From Methylothermaceae bacterium (GTDB lineage Bacteria > Pseudomonadota > Gammaproteobacteria > Methylococcales > Methylothermaceae), in the NCBI GenBank assembly GCA_026985035.1, contig JALSQY010000163.1, forward strand, positions 1 through 62,907: 62,907 nt of DNA, written 5' to 3'. Position 1 is the stretch's first letter. Each line of letters begins with the position of its first letter. The translations under genes were made by a program, and so were the position numbers. Below, piece by piece: positions 1-9,555 of this stretch. Below the pieces are notes generated by a model that saw nothing but the letters and a program-made list of their open reading frames with translations, was not told where the DNA came from and made no database searches.

Positions 1-63
1 TATGACATCTACGTCAATGGCGAGTTGAAAGCAAGCGTCGAGGTACCCGGGCCCGGCAGCTAA
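1..63 (+). CDS. 3' end of a gene cut by the window edge; paralog of the 239..835 protein
   Basis: Frame 1 reads YDIYVNGELKASVEVPGPGS*, matching the C-terminus of the next ORF (YEIYINGKLKKTVEVPSP). Confidence 0.75.
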   Translation, partial: YDIYVNGELKASVEVPGPGS

Positions 64-184
64 AACCCGTGACAACTACTATACCTACTCGCTGCTTCGT
101 CAATGGCATCGATACCTGGTATTCCTGCTGGACCGGCGAATCCAACAACAACGCGGACATTTTTCTAACCTTAAATATCATTGC

Positions 185-219
185 TCTCCTCCCAGGGGCC
201 TTTCCCCCCTGGGAGGAGA
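185..219. terminator. Intergenic stem-loop, possible terminator
   Basis: TCTCCTCCCAGGGG...CCCCTGGGAGGAGA inverted repeat. Confidence 0.4.
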
Positions 220-238
220 ATGAAGGGGAGTTTACATC

Positions 239-835
239 ATGAAAAAAGCGATTTTTTTATTTTCATTTGAGGTTTTATCAATGAGCACTAAATGTTTTTG
301 GTTTTTTCTGCTGATGAACATAATGGCCACACAAGCTTTTGCGATTGAATGGTGTAGGGGTGCTTATGATCCGGAGACGGGCAAGGCGACATTGCCCTGT
401 GTTTATGATTCGATTTCTGGACGAACTTACTGGGTGGAATTAACCCGCAAGGAAGGGCTGGATTTTTCCGTATCAGATGTTTCAACAGAAGACAAGAGGC
501 TGAAAAGCGACGTTGTTCAGGCAGACATTTTGAATATCAAATTTCTGGAGAAGAAAATTTCTTCTCCCGAAGAAAAGTGGATGTTTTTGGAATTGAATGT
601 CATCCCAAGTTGTGGCATCAGCAGTCATTTTGCATTGACCGATAGTCCCAGCGGGGCAAGCCCTGGCAGAATTGATGTTGGCGTGGACGGGGCTTTTTGC
701 CCCAATCCTTCATGGGATACAGGTCAGAGCATCGCTGGGATAGTGGAAGTTTCACCAGGCTCCTATGAAATTTACATCAATGGAAAACTGAAAAAAACCG
801 TGGAAGTGCCCTCACCAGATAATCAAAGCCCATAG
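239..835 (+). CDS. Hypothetical secreted protein (start may be a downstream Met)
   Basis: 198-aa ORF; GGGGAG RBS; hydrophobic N-terminus ending AQAFA (signal peptide); 4 Cys in the mature part. Confidence 0.7.
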   Translation: MKKAIFLFSFEVLSMSTKCFWFFLLMNIMATQAFAIEWCRGAYDPETGKATLPCVYDSISGRTYWVELTRKEGLDFSVSDVSTEDKRLKSDVVQADILNIKFLEKKISSPEEKWMFLELNVIPSCGISSHFALTDSPSGASPGRIDVGVDGAFCPNPSWDTGQSIAGIVEVSPGSYEIYINGKLKKTVEVPSPDNQSP

Positions 836-866
836 GTTTTTCCAAAAAGTCAAGTTTCAGCTCTCA

Positions 867-900
867 TGCCGGGTTACGGCTGACGCCTAACCCGGCCTAC
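867..900 (-). repeat. GTAG-type REP-like palindrome
   Basis: Minus strand GTAG-GCCGGGTTAGGCG-TCAG-CCGTAACCCGGCA, between convergent genes. Confidence 0.6.
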
Positions 901-939
901 TTGGTTCAGCAAATTTCATTTTCCGTAAAAAACAATCTC

Positions 940-2034
940 TCACGCCAACCCCAATACCTGCAAATAACCCTCAACACTGTTTTCTACCGTGTACGGCCGT
1001 GCTGCTGCCTGTAAAAACCGCGTTGCCGCGGGCATATCGAGCTGTGAAAATATCGCCTCTGCCATCGCCTGGTAGTCTCCCACCGGCACCAACGGTCCAT
1101 AGCGCCCGCCATCCAGTATTTCCCGGGGGCCGCTGGGACAATCGGCGGCCACGGAAGGAATACCCAAGGCCAATGCTTCAATCAACGCCACCGGCAAGCC
1201 CTCACAGCGGGAAGAAGAAACGAAGACGGAGGCGCGGGAAAGCCAGGGATAGGGATTGACAAATCCGGGCAGGCAAACCGCTTCTTCCAGCTCAAGAGCG
1301 TGGATCAACGTTTCCAGCTTCGCCCGCTGGCGGCCTTCACCCAGGATGATCAAACGGCAAGGCCGTTTTGCGCGAACCTTGGCAAAAGCCCGAATCACAG
1401 TGGCGAAATCCTTGCGGGCGCACAACTCGCCAATCCCCATAATCACAGGCATCCGGTTGTCTTCCAGCCACGGATGAGGCGCTTTTTCGGCTGCCTGGCG
1501 GAATAAGCCGGGTGTGATTACAGGACTGGGGACGACAGTAATCTTCCGCCCCGGCAACCCACTGACCCGGACAAGATCCTCCGCCGCTCCCCGGGAAGGG
1601 ACGATCACCCCATCGGCCCAGGAATAAAACCGGCGCAGCGAAAACAGTTGGCTGTGTCTGGCCCAGCTACTCCTCCTTGCCAGATTTTCCGATACCGTGG
1701 TGCCAATCCTGACCACGGCCCGGGTCGGGACCCGGGCGATTCTCCTTGCCCACAATGCCAGCCGATTGACCCTGTCTTTGTCGGTAAGGAGCACCTTGGG
1801 CCGGATGGTCCGAAGATAACCCACCAATGCCGACATCGAGGTATTCACGTGGCTGGTTCCCAGATCGACCAGGCGCACCCCGGGAGGCAGGTTTTCCCAA
1901 TAAGGTCCGTGACCGCGTATCCGCAAGATGTCAATGGCGAGTCCTTTGGCGGCCATCGCGGGAACCAGGTTTTTCATGATCCGGTCCACGCCGCTGTGGC
2001 CGGAAGTCGCCAACAGCACGGCCAGATCCGTCAT
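940..2034 (-). CDS. GT4-family glycosyltransferase
   Basis: SGHSGVDR N-terminal motif, RKDF, EGLPVALIEA (EX7E); ATG at 2034 overlaps the upstream stop (ATGA). Confidence 0.9.
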   Translation of the reverse strand: MTDLAVLLATSGHSGVDRIMKNLVPAMAAKGLAIDILRIRGHGPYWENLPPGVRLVDLGTSHVNTSMSALVGYLRTIRPKVLLTDKDRVNRLALWARRIARVPTRAVVRIGTTVSENLARRSSWARHSQLFSLRRFYSWADGVIVPSRGAAEDLVRVSGLPGRKITVVPSPVITPGLFRQAAEKAPHPWLEDNRMPVIMGIGELCARKDFATVIRAFAKVRAKRPCRLIILGEGRQRAKLETLIHALELEEAVCLPGFVNPYPWLSRASVFVSSSRCEGLPVALIEALALGIPSVAADCPSGPREILDGGRYGPLVPVGDYQAMAEAIFSQLDMPAATRFLQAAARPYTVENSVEGYLQVLGLA

Positions 2035-3146
2035 GAATCCAGTCCAAAGGCCTTGAGATAGTGAGAAAGGCTCTTTTCCAGGGTATAAGGCGCGGCGCCT
2101 TGGCGGAGGGTTTCTGCGGGCAAGGGGTATTGCAAGGTTTCCAGTATTGCCCGTGCCAGCGCCACTGGATGACGCACTGGCACCAATGCCCCATAGCGGC
2201 CATATTGCAGCACCTCCGCCGGCCCACAGGGGCAAGCCGTGGCCACCACCGGCGTGCCGAGCGCCAGCGATTCAATCAAAACATTGGGGCAACCCTCCCA
2301 GCGGGAAGACAATACCAGCAAATCGGCCCGGGCCAGATAAGGAAAAGGGTTATCCACGAACCCCGGGAAATCCACATCGCGGGCAATTTTTAATTTTCCC
2401 GCCAAGGCTTGCAGACGGGCCCGCTGCCTCCCCTCGCCAATCAGCATCAAGCGGCACGGCCGTGCTTGCCGGACTTTGGCAAAGGCCCGGATGAGCGTCG
2501 CGAAATCCTTGGCCCGGGCCAAACGGCCGATACCAAGGATCAGAGGCGCCTTATTGTCATTGAGCCAGGGATGTTGCGGCGGTTCAGCGGCGCTGTGGAA
2601 CAATTCGCCAGTCACGGTCGGGTTGGGGGCAAAGTGAATCTTGCCGCCCGGCAAACCCAACGTGTTTTTCAAATCTTCCCCAACACCTCGCGAATTGACG
2701 ATAATCCCGTCACACTGCTGGTAGTTACGGCAAACCTGGCGAATATAGCGGCGGTAGCCCAAAGGGCCATACTGACGTTTGCCTTGTACACTCAGAGGGC
2801 TCCCCACCCGGAAGTAGCACCGGAGATTGGCACCACCAAGGCGGGATTTGATTGCCAGAGCCAGGGAGTCATCCTTGAGTTTGGCCGATAACAGTAGCTT
2901 GGGTTGTATTGCAGCAATCTTTTGGCAGGCTTCTTCCATGCAGGCATCCCCCTGGGAAGGCAAGCGGATACAATTGACCACAGGGGAAAGCCGGTCCAGG
3001 TAGGCTTGGGCTGTTTCGGAAACCAGCAAATGAACCGGAACGCCCCGCGCCTGGAGGCCGTTGGCCAGATGCACCATCATCCGCTCCACGCCGCCATTAC
3101 CGTAGGTGGCCAAAAGGATTGCCACCGGAGGATGGGCATGGATCAT
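2031..3146 (-). CDS. GT4-family glycosyltransferase
   Basis: GNGGVER, GRLARAKDF, EGCPNVLIES motifs. Confidence 0.9.
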   Translation of the reverse strand: MIHAHPPVAILLATYGNGGVERMMVHLANGLQARGVPVHLLVSETAQAYLDRLSPVVNCIRLPSQGDACMEEACQKIAAIQPKLLLSAKLKDDSLALAIKSRLGGANLRCYFRVGSPLSVQGKRQYGPLGYRRYIRQVCRNYQQCDGIIVNSRGVGEDLKNTLGLPGGKIHFAPNPTVTGELFHSAAEPPQHPWLNDNKAPLILGIGRLARAKDFATLIRAFAKVRQARPCRLMLIGEGRQRARLQALAGKLKIARDVDFPGFVDNPFPYLARADLLVLSSRWEGCPNVLIESLALGTPVVATACPCGPAEVLQYGRYGALVPVRHPVALARAILETLQYPLPAETLRQGAAPYTLEKSLSHYLKAFGLDS

Positions 3147-3224
3147 GGATGGAGCTGCTTCCTGATATTGGAACCCATCTCACTAGCCCAGAGAGGCTGT
3201 CGGGATGGCTTCATCAACGGGCTG

Positions 3225-4040
3225 TCAGGCCCGGACCAGAATCTCACCCCTGCCGGTGGAGGCCATATCCCCGCCATATTTACGCACCCGGTTGAAGGCG
3301 GAGTCAGGTTCGGCAAACCGGCTGTCCAAATCTTTCAAGCCGGAAAACCACAGGGGCAAGAACGCCAGGGTGTGGGTGCCGCAATCCCCATAAGTGGGGG
3401 GAATCGATTGCGGAGATTGCCATAACATGACCGTGCCCCGGCGCAAGGCATACCCCAAATAGGCACCGGTTTGCCCCATGACGGCAATGGTGCCGGCAAT
3501 CATGCGGGAAGCACAATAATCCCCTGCATCCCCTTCCACCAAAATGATGCCACGCCGCATTTCATCGCCGCAGCGGGCGCCCACGTTGCCTTTAACCAGC
3601 ACCCGGCCGCCACGCATGCCGCGCTTGTTGCCGGGCAAGGCACCGCCGAGAAAATCACCGGCATTGCCGTCGATCTGCACCAGTCCGCCGCGCAGCTCAC
3701 ACGCCGCGAATAGGCCGGCGTTACCCGTCACCCGCAAGTGGCCGGACTTCATCCCCCTGCCGAGATAGGCTCCGGCATCGCCTTCCACAGTGATTTCCAC
3801 GGCATCGGCGTCTTTACCGATATAATCCAGTTTGGCGCAGCTGTTTTTGATGACCAGCCTGGAGGTATCCTCGCCGCTCACCTCGAACAGCTCGTCCACC
3901 CGTAACGTGCGTTTTCCCATCCAAAGTTTCAGCGCGGCGACTTCGCCGGCTGTCAGGTGAGGCAGGCCACTCAAGGGGGAAAGATCCACCCGGCGTGGGG
4001 GCTCTGATTTCAACGTCAGGGTTAACGGATTACCGGTCAT
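3225..4040 (-). CDS. fhcC: Formyltransferase/hydrolase complex subunit C (FwdC-like)
   Basis: GXGXG beta-helix repeats (GDAGAYLG, GNAGDFLG); ATG at 4040 coupled to the fhcD stop. Confidence 0.92.
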   Translation of the reverse strand: MTGNPLTLTLKSEPPRRVDLSPLSGLPHLTAGEVAALKLWMGKRTLRVDELFEVSGEDTSRLVIKNSCAKLDYIGKDADAVEITVEGDAGAYLGRGMKSGHLRVTGNAGLFAACELRGGLVQIDGNAGDFLGGALPGNKRGMRGGRVLVKGNVGARCGDEMRRGIILVEGDAGDYCASRMIAGTIAVMGQTGAYLGYALRRGTVMLWQSPQSIPPTYGDCGTHTLAFLPLWFSGLKDLDSRFAEPDSAFNRVRKYGGDMASTGRGEILVRA

Positions 4041-4933
4041 GCCAAGATCTCCCGCAAATGAAAATGATAGGGGCCCAATTTGCCGCCATAATTCCCCGCG
4101 CTGATGCGGCGGATGCCTTTCTCCGCCCCAAGCTCGCAAACCGCCTCGATACCGGCTTTCATCGCTTTGTCGATGTCCTCCTTAGTGAGACCGTCAATGA
4201 CGATTTCCATCACCGACTCAATCTCCGGTGACAGTTGCGTTTTCGTCATTCCCTTGATGGTGGGGCAAAAAGCATCGTTGGTGGAAGCATTCTGACCCTT
4301 GTATTTGGAGCCCACTTTGGAACCGGAACGCACCACCCCGCCGGGAAAGGGCATGATGACGTTGGGAACCTTCTTCATCGCCGCAATCGCCGCCTCGCAC
4401 GCCGCCAGGGCCTGGGGTTGTGATTCGGCCAGAATCAGGAAATTACCGCCGCCGACCGCTTCCACCATGTAAGTGGCCTCTTCGGTGAGGAATTCCCCAT
4501 CCATGACCGGAATCCGCCAGTAACGCTTGCCGCCTATGACCTTGGAGATCTGGAAGCCATCGCCGTAATAGCGCATGTTTTCCCCCAGGGGAATGGGTTT
4601 GCCTTCGTCAATCCCGGCAAACAAAGCGGAAGTCGGCGAAGTCAACACACATTGCCCGGCGCGGGTCTGCACCTGCTTGGTCAGCCCCTTGCCACCCATG
4701 GCGAAAAACAGAACCGACAATCCCGGCCGGCCATCGGGGGTTTCTTCCGGGAGCAATTCCCGCTCGATCCCTGCCTCACAGCCGCAGGCGATCACCGAAG
4801 TGGCGAATCCCGACATGGCCCGGGCGGCGTGGTAGGCCCATTCCAGGTTCAAAGCGGTGATGATGACCCGGGTCGCTTTCATAGGGAAGGCCTCGGCAAA
4901 GGTATCGTCGATGGCGATGCCGTTGATGATCAT
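4037..4933 (-). CDS. fhcD: Formylmethanofuran:H4MPT formyltransferase (Ftr/FhcD)
   Basis: IDDTFAEAF, GFATSVIACGCEAG, GGVVRSGSKVGS, SAGNYGGKLG. Confidence 0.95.
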   Translation of the reverse strand: MIINGIAIDDTFAEAFPMKATRVIITALNLEWAYHAARAMSGFATSVIACGCEAGIERELLPEETPDGRPGLSVLFFAMGGKGLTKQVQTRAGQCVLTSPTSALFAGIDEGKPIPLGENMRYYGDGFQISKVIGGKRYWRIPVMDGEFLTEEATYMVEAVGGGNFLILAESQPQALAACEAAIAAMKKVPNVIMPFPGGVVRSGSKVGSKYKGQNASTNDAFCPTIKGMTKTQLSPEIESVMEIVIDGLTKEDIDKAMKAGIEAVCELGAEKGIRRISAGNYGGKLGPYHFHLREILA

Positions 4934-6597
4934 ATTCCCCGCCCTCCCCAGCACGGATGAATAGTGACGCTGCCACGGCCGTCTTCGGAAATTTCTTCTT
5001 CCCGGATGACAAAGTTGTCCAGTTTCATGGTCATATATTGATCAAAATATTTTTCCAGGGACTTTTCTACGGCGTGGTCATACTCGGGCTTGACCACATG
5101 GGTGGTTCCCCAGACCACCTTCACAATTTCTCCGTCCTTGACGACCAGCTGGCCATCCTTGAACACATATTTGGGACGACTGAACATTTTTTCCCGATTG
5201 GCATCGGGCACATAGACGGTAATATCGGCCGCGGCGCCGGCGCCCAGGTGGCCCCGGTCCGACAACCCCACCAATTCGGCGGCGCCGGCCCGGGTCATGA
5301 TGGCGATTTCGTAGAGGGAGTATTCCCGCTCGATGGACGCCAGAGTCGTCATTTTCTGAGCCTCGGGATGGAGGCGGGAAAGCTGCTCGTTGCGAAAAGA
5401 ACGGTCCATCAGCAAACGGATCAAATGGGGATAACTGGTGAAGGGCGCGCCGTTGGGATGATCGGTGGTGAGATACACCTGCCAGGGATTGTCCACCAGC
5501 AGAAAGATTTCCAGGCCAATCGCCCATTGCAGGGCATTGACGAAATTCTTGTCCCGGTACTTGAAGGGCACCACGCCACAACCGGCATCGCATTCGATAT
5601 CCATGCACACCCATTTGTGGGGGTGGGCATGGCCAGCGTTGGCGTGTTGGCGCATGTTGTCACCAGAGGCGGTGACCGTCTGGCCAAACAGAACTTGACC
5701 CACATCCACGGTGATATTTTTATTGGCGTTGATGGCCTCGGCAATCCGGGCGGCGCCGGAAGAAAATTTGAAGTCCCCTTCGGTGCCGTAACTGTGGAAC
5801 TGGATGTGCGTCAAGTGCATGGGCAAACCCTCAATACCGCTGATGGTATTGAGAGTCGTCTCCATGTTGCCGGGAACCCCCAGGTTGCAGCCGTGAACGT
5901 GCAAGGGGTGAGGAACCGCCAATTCATTGACTGCCGTGGCCAGAACCTTGAGCACCTGGCGTGGGGTAACGCCGTAATATTCGTGCTCCTCATCCAGATC
6001 CAAGGCCCGCTGGTTGAATTTGAAGGCGCTGATGCCGCCGGGATTGACCACCTTGATGCCAATGCACTGGCTGGCGTTCAAGGTCCAGGCGACATAGTCG
6101 TTGATCATCTTTTGGTCGGCCCCGGACTGCATCAGCCGCAAAAGAAAATCGTCACTCCCCAGCATGGCGTAGCCGCCTTTGTCAAGAATGGGGATGTCTC
6201 CCATTTCCATGTGTGCCTGGCGGGCATTTACCGGCAAAACCGCCGGTTCAAAGGCGGTGGTAAAACCCATCTCGGCATAGCGGTAGCCAGTGGTCAAGGT
6301 ACTGGGCGCGGCATGACCGCACCCCGAGCGCAATATTTCGGTATGGGCGGCCGGATCGGCGCGGTGATCTTCCGGAAGCAGGGTGCGGGCAATGTTCACC
6401 TTGCCTCCGCCGATGTGGGTGTGCATGTCGATGGCGCCCGCCATCACCACCATGCCGTGAAGATCATATTCCTTATCCACATGGGCCCCCGCGGGCGGAT
6501 CGACAATCCGGCCATCCTGGATATAAAGATCGTGGACACGGCCGTTGACCCGGTGGGCGGGATCATAGACAGTGCCGCCAGTCAATTTAATGAGCAT
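4930..6597 (-). CDS. fhcA: Fhc subunit A (FwdA-like amidohydrolase)
   Basis: DMHTHIGGG, GIKVVNPGG, HLTHIQFH, TTDHPNG. Confidence 0.95.
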   Translation of the reverse strand: MLIKLTGGTVYDPAHRVNGRVHDLYIQDGRIVDPPAGAHVDKEYDLHGMVVMAGAIDMHTHIGGGKVNIARTLLPEDHRADPAAHTEILRSGCGHAAPSTLTTGYRYAEMGFTTAFEPAVLPVNARQAHMEMGDIPILDKGGYAMLGSDDFLLRLMQSGADQKMINDYVAWTLNASQCIGIKVVNPGGISAFKFNQRALDLDEEHEYYGVTPRQVLKVLATAVNELAVPHPLHVHGCNLGVPGNMETTLNTISGIEGLPMHLTHIQFHSYGTEGDFKFSSGAARIAEAINANKNITVDVGQVLFGQTVTASGDNMRQHANAGHAHPHKWVCMDIECDAGCGVVPFKYRDKNFVNALQWAIGLEIFLLVDNPWQVYLTTDHPNGAPFTSYPHLIRLLMDRSFRNEQLSRLHPEAQKMTTLASIEREYSLYEIAIMTRAGAAELVGLSDRGHLGAGAAADITVYVPDANREKMFSRPKYVFKDGQLVVKDGEIVKVVWGTTHVVKPEYDHAVEKSLEKYFDQYMTMKLDNFVIREEEISEDGRGSVTIHPCWGGRGI

Positions 6598-6617
6598 GCA
6601 ATTTCCTTAGATGGTCT

Positions 6618-7871
6618 TCAAAGTGCTTCTTGAATCGCTTGCAAAACCTGGGATGTGCTGGGCAACCCCGCCTCCCGCAGCTTGAACAGGCGAACCGCCA
6701 CCACGTTGTCCATGCGGTAGGTATGGCCCGCATGATCAATGCCGGGAACGCCCACGGGAATATACACATCGGGAGATTGCTCAAAGGTCATGCCGCAGCG
6801 GCCCAGCACGATGGTTGGCAGGCCATTCTTGGGAGGCGTGCGGCGGGTATTGTAGGCGGACACCCACAGTAAAGCGTCCACCTCCCCGGTCTCTATCAAA
6901 ACATCGCCGGCGTTGAGATAGGGATCATATTCCGGATAGCCCCGGCTGAAACGGGTGCGCACTGGGTAGCCGGTTTGCCAGCCGCATACTTGATTCGCGG
7001 TCTGATCGCCTTCCTTGCCTCCCAGGGGAAGTCCGGAACAGCGGGTGGTTTGATTCAAATCCTTGACCGTCTCGCACAGAATTTGCACCGTCAGCTCCGC
7101 CTGGGGCCAATCCAATGCCGCTGCCGCCCAGGTAATGACGCCGTAACGGGCTTTCTTCAACTGATCCGCCAAGGACCGGAGTTCCCCCACGGCCACCCCG
7201 CCGACGGTTTCCGCCTGTATCGGCCGGTCATTGATCAGGGCGCGCAACATGCCGACCACGGCGGGAAGATGTTCATCGGCACATGCCAACACCTGACTGT
7301 CATTGGTGGGCTTTTCCGCAGGCGCCTTGCCCAAGTAAATCACCTTCCGGGCGCTGTTTTTGGCAAACATGCCATCCAGCCATAAATGGCGTTCGAAAAA
7401 ACGGGGAAACAACGTTTCCACATCCACGCCCACCACCACCAGCAAATCGCACCGGTTCCGGACTTCCGCCAAAGTCGTCGTCATCCAGCCGCTGTCTTGC
7501 AGCACCAGAATATTGCGCATCGCGGCGGCGCTGTTCATATTGTCCACCACTGCCCCCAGCCGGTCAGCGAGCGACAAAGCGGCGCGCATTCCCGCCACAT
7601 CCGTGGCCAGTCCGCCGATTAAAGGCAAATCCGAAGTTTTTAGAATCTTGGCGGCCTGAGCTACCGCCTCAGCCAACGGCACCGGCTTGCCGGCGACACT
7701 GGGCTGCTTCTCCCCCAAAGGCTCTTCGAAAGCTGGCAGAGTGACATCATCACCATTTTCCAGCACTTCCAGCCGATCACCCCGGACCCGGATTTTCAAG
7801 TCATCGGCACCGATACCGCAAAATGGGCTGGGGACATGTTCCCACAAACCCGGTTCAATCTCTTTGGCCAT
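6618..7871 (-). CDS. fhcB: Fhc subunit B (FwdB-like)
   Basis: SPFCGIGADD, TTTLAEVRNRCD, GWQTGYP, YRMDNVV; first gene of fhcBADC. Confidence 0.92.
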   Translation of the reverse strand: MAKEIEPGLWEHVPSPFCGIGADDLKIRVRGDRLEVLENGDDVTLPAFEEPLGEKQPSVAGKPVPLAEAVAQAAKILKTSDLPLIGGLATDVAGMRAALSLADRLGAVVDNMNSAAAMRNILVLQDSGWMTTTLAEVRNRCDLLVVVGVDVETLFPRFFERHLWLDGMFAKNSARKVIYLGKAPAEKPTNDSQVLACADEHLPAVVGMLRALINDRPIQAETVGGVAVGELRSLADQLKKARYGVITWAAAALDWPQAELTVQILCETVKDLNQTTRCSGLPLGGKEGDQTANQVCGWQTGYPVRTRFSRGYPEYDPYLNAGDVLIETGEVDALLWVSAYNTRRTPPKNGLPTIVLGRCGMTFEQSPDVYIPVGVPGIDHAGHTYRMDNVVAVRLFKLREAGLPSTSQVLQAIQEAL

Positions 7872-7993
7872 ACCTATGCTCTAGAAAAATTGTATTGGCG
7901 GAAAAATACCTGGATGAAGCTTGTAGATTCCCAGCCCCCTTAATATAAGCGTCGAATTATACCACTAACTTAAAAAATTTCAGGATTCAAAAT

Positions 7994-8065
7994 GTGATCG
8001 ACCATCGGCTAAAGCCGGCGGCTTCAAGGCAAGGCTGGAAGCCGGATTGACCGGCCAGGCCTAGC
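7994..8065 (+). other. Vestige resembling the 5' part of HEARO/omegaRNA or an IS200/IS605 end
   Basis: CGGCTAAAGCCG hairpin, then GGCTTC..GAAGCC hairpin, then GGATTGACCGGCC. Confidence 0.4.
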
Positions 8066-8087
8066 AGATCCTGAGGTACTGGGGACT

Positions 8088-9497
8088 TCAGTCCCGTCCT
8101 TCAATAAACTGAATCGCCCGCTGAATACGTTCCAGCGTCTTCTCACGGCCAAGGAGATGCAAAGTGACATCAATCGGGGGAGACACTGAGGTGCCTGACA
8201 GCGCGACCCGCAGCGGCTGAGCCACTTTGCCAAGCTTTAATCCCAGAGTCCCGGCGGTATCAATCACTATTTGATGCAGCGGCTCCGGCTCCCATTCTTC
8301 AATCGCCTTAAATTGCTCGTAAAGTTTTTTCAAGGGTGCAAGCGCTTCCGGCTTCAAATTCTTTTTCGCCGCCTTAAGATCGTATTCTTCGAAATCGCGA
8401 TAAAAGAAAGCGCTGGATTGGGCCATTTCCACCAGGGTTTTGCATCGCTCCCGCTGGGCGAGGACGACTAACAGGGGATCCGGCCCGCCTTCAGCCGGAT
8501 CAATATCCAGCCTGCCCAAGTGCCAACGCAGATGGTGTGCTATGTGCAAGGGATCATCATGCATGATGTAATGGTGATTGAGCCACAACAGTTTGTCCGG
8601 ATTAAAGGTGGATGCCGATTTATTGACATCCTTGATGTCGAACAACTCAATCATTTCATCCATGGAGAAAATCTCCTTGTCTCCATAAGCCCACCCCAGG
8701 CGCACCAAGTAATTGAGCAGCGCTTCGGGCAGATACCCTTGATCGCGGTATTCCAATACACTCACAGCCCCATGGCGCTTGGACAAGCGGCTTCCATCTT
8801 CCCCCAATATCATGGGCACGTGGGCAAATTGCGGCGGCTCGGCTCCCAAGGCCCGCATGATATTGATTTGGCGCGGCGTATTATTCAGATGATCGTCGCC
8901 TCGAATGACGTGGGTCAGCTGCATATCCAGGTCGTCAACGACCACAGTCAGGTTATAGGTTGGGGTACCATCGGAGCGGGCGATAATCAGATCGTCCAAC
9001 TCTTCATTTTGAAACACCACCCGCCCGCGCACCAAATCGTCAATCACCACTGCGCCGGACTCGGGGTTGCGGAAACGCACGACTGGTTCAACGCCGGGTT
9101 TGGGTTCGGTGCGGTTTCGGCAACGACCGTCATAGCGGGGCTTTTGCTTGCGCGCCATTTGTTCCTGGCGCAGGGCATCCAGCTCTTCCTTGCTGCAATA
9201 GCAGTAATAGGCCTTGCCCGCATCCAATAGCTGTTGAATGACTTGCCGGTAACGGGGAAAGCGGTCGCTTTGAAAGTAAGGCCCTTCATCATAGTCCAAA
9301 CCCAACCAGGCCATGCTTTCCAAAATGGCGTTGACTGACTCCCGGGTAGAACGCTCGCGATCGGTATCTTCAATTCTCAGAATAAATTGGCCACCATGCC
9401 TGCGGGCATACAGCCAATTGAATAAAGCGGTGCGGGCACCGCCAATATGGAGATATCCAGTGGGGCTAGGGGCGAAACGGGTGCGTACGGTGGTCAT
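8088..9497 (-). CDS. gltX: Glutamate-tRNA ligase
   Basis: [24 protein letters not shown]. Confidence 0.97.
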   Translation of the reverse strand: MTTVRTRFAPSPTGYLHIGGARTALFNWLYARRHGGQFILRIEDTDRERSTRESVNAILESMAWLGLDYDEGPYFQSDRFPRYRQVIQQLLDAGKAYYCYCSKEELDALRQEQMARKQKPRYDGRCRNRTEPKPGVEPVVRFRNPESGAVVIDDLVRGRVVFQNEELDDLIIARSDGTPTYNLTVVVDDLDMQLTHVIRGDDHLNNTPRQINIMRALGAEPPQFAHVPMILGEDGSRLSKRHGAVSVLEYRDQGYLPEALLNYLVRLGWAYGDKEIFSMDEMIELFDIKDVNKSASTFNPDKLLWLNHHYIMHDDPLHIAHHLRWHLGRLDIDPAEGGPDPLLVVLAQRERCKTLVEMAQSSAFFYRDFEEYDLKAAKKNLKPEALAPLKKLYEQFKAIEEWEPEPLHQIVIDTAGTLGLKLGKVAQPLRVALSGTSVSPPIDVTLHLLGREKTLERIQRAIQFIEGRD

Positions 9498-9555
9498 TCG
9501 GAATATCCAAAAAGGTGTTTAAAAATCTTTTTATTGTACCAAACCGGAAATTGTT

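Noticed and set aside
4957-6633. 558-aa + strand ORF
   Set aside because: Antisense shadow of fhcA caused by codon bias; no motifs
6618-7871. FhcB missing most N-terminal Fe-S cysteines
   Set aside because: Expected for bacterial FhcB compared with archaeal FwdB; not novel
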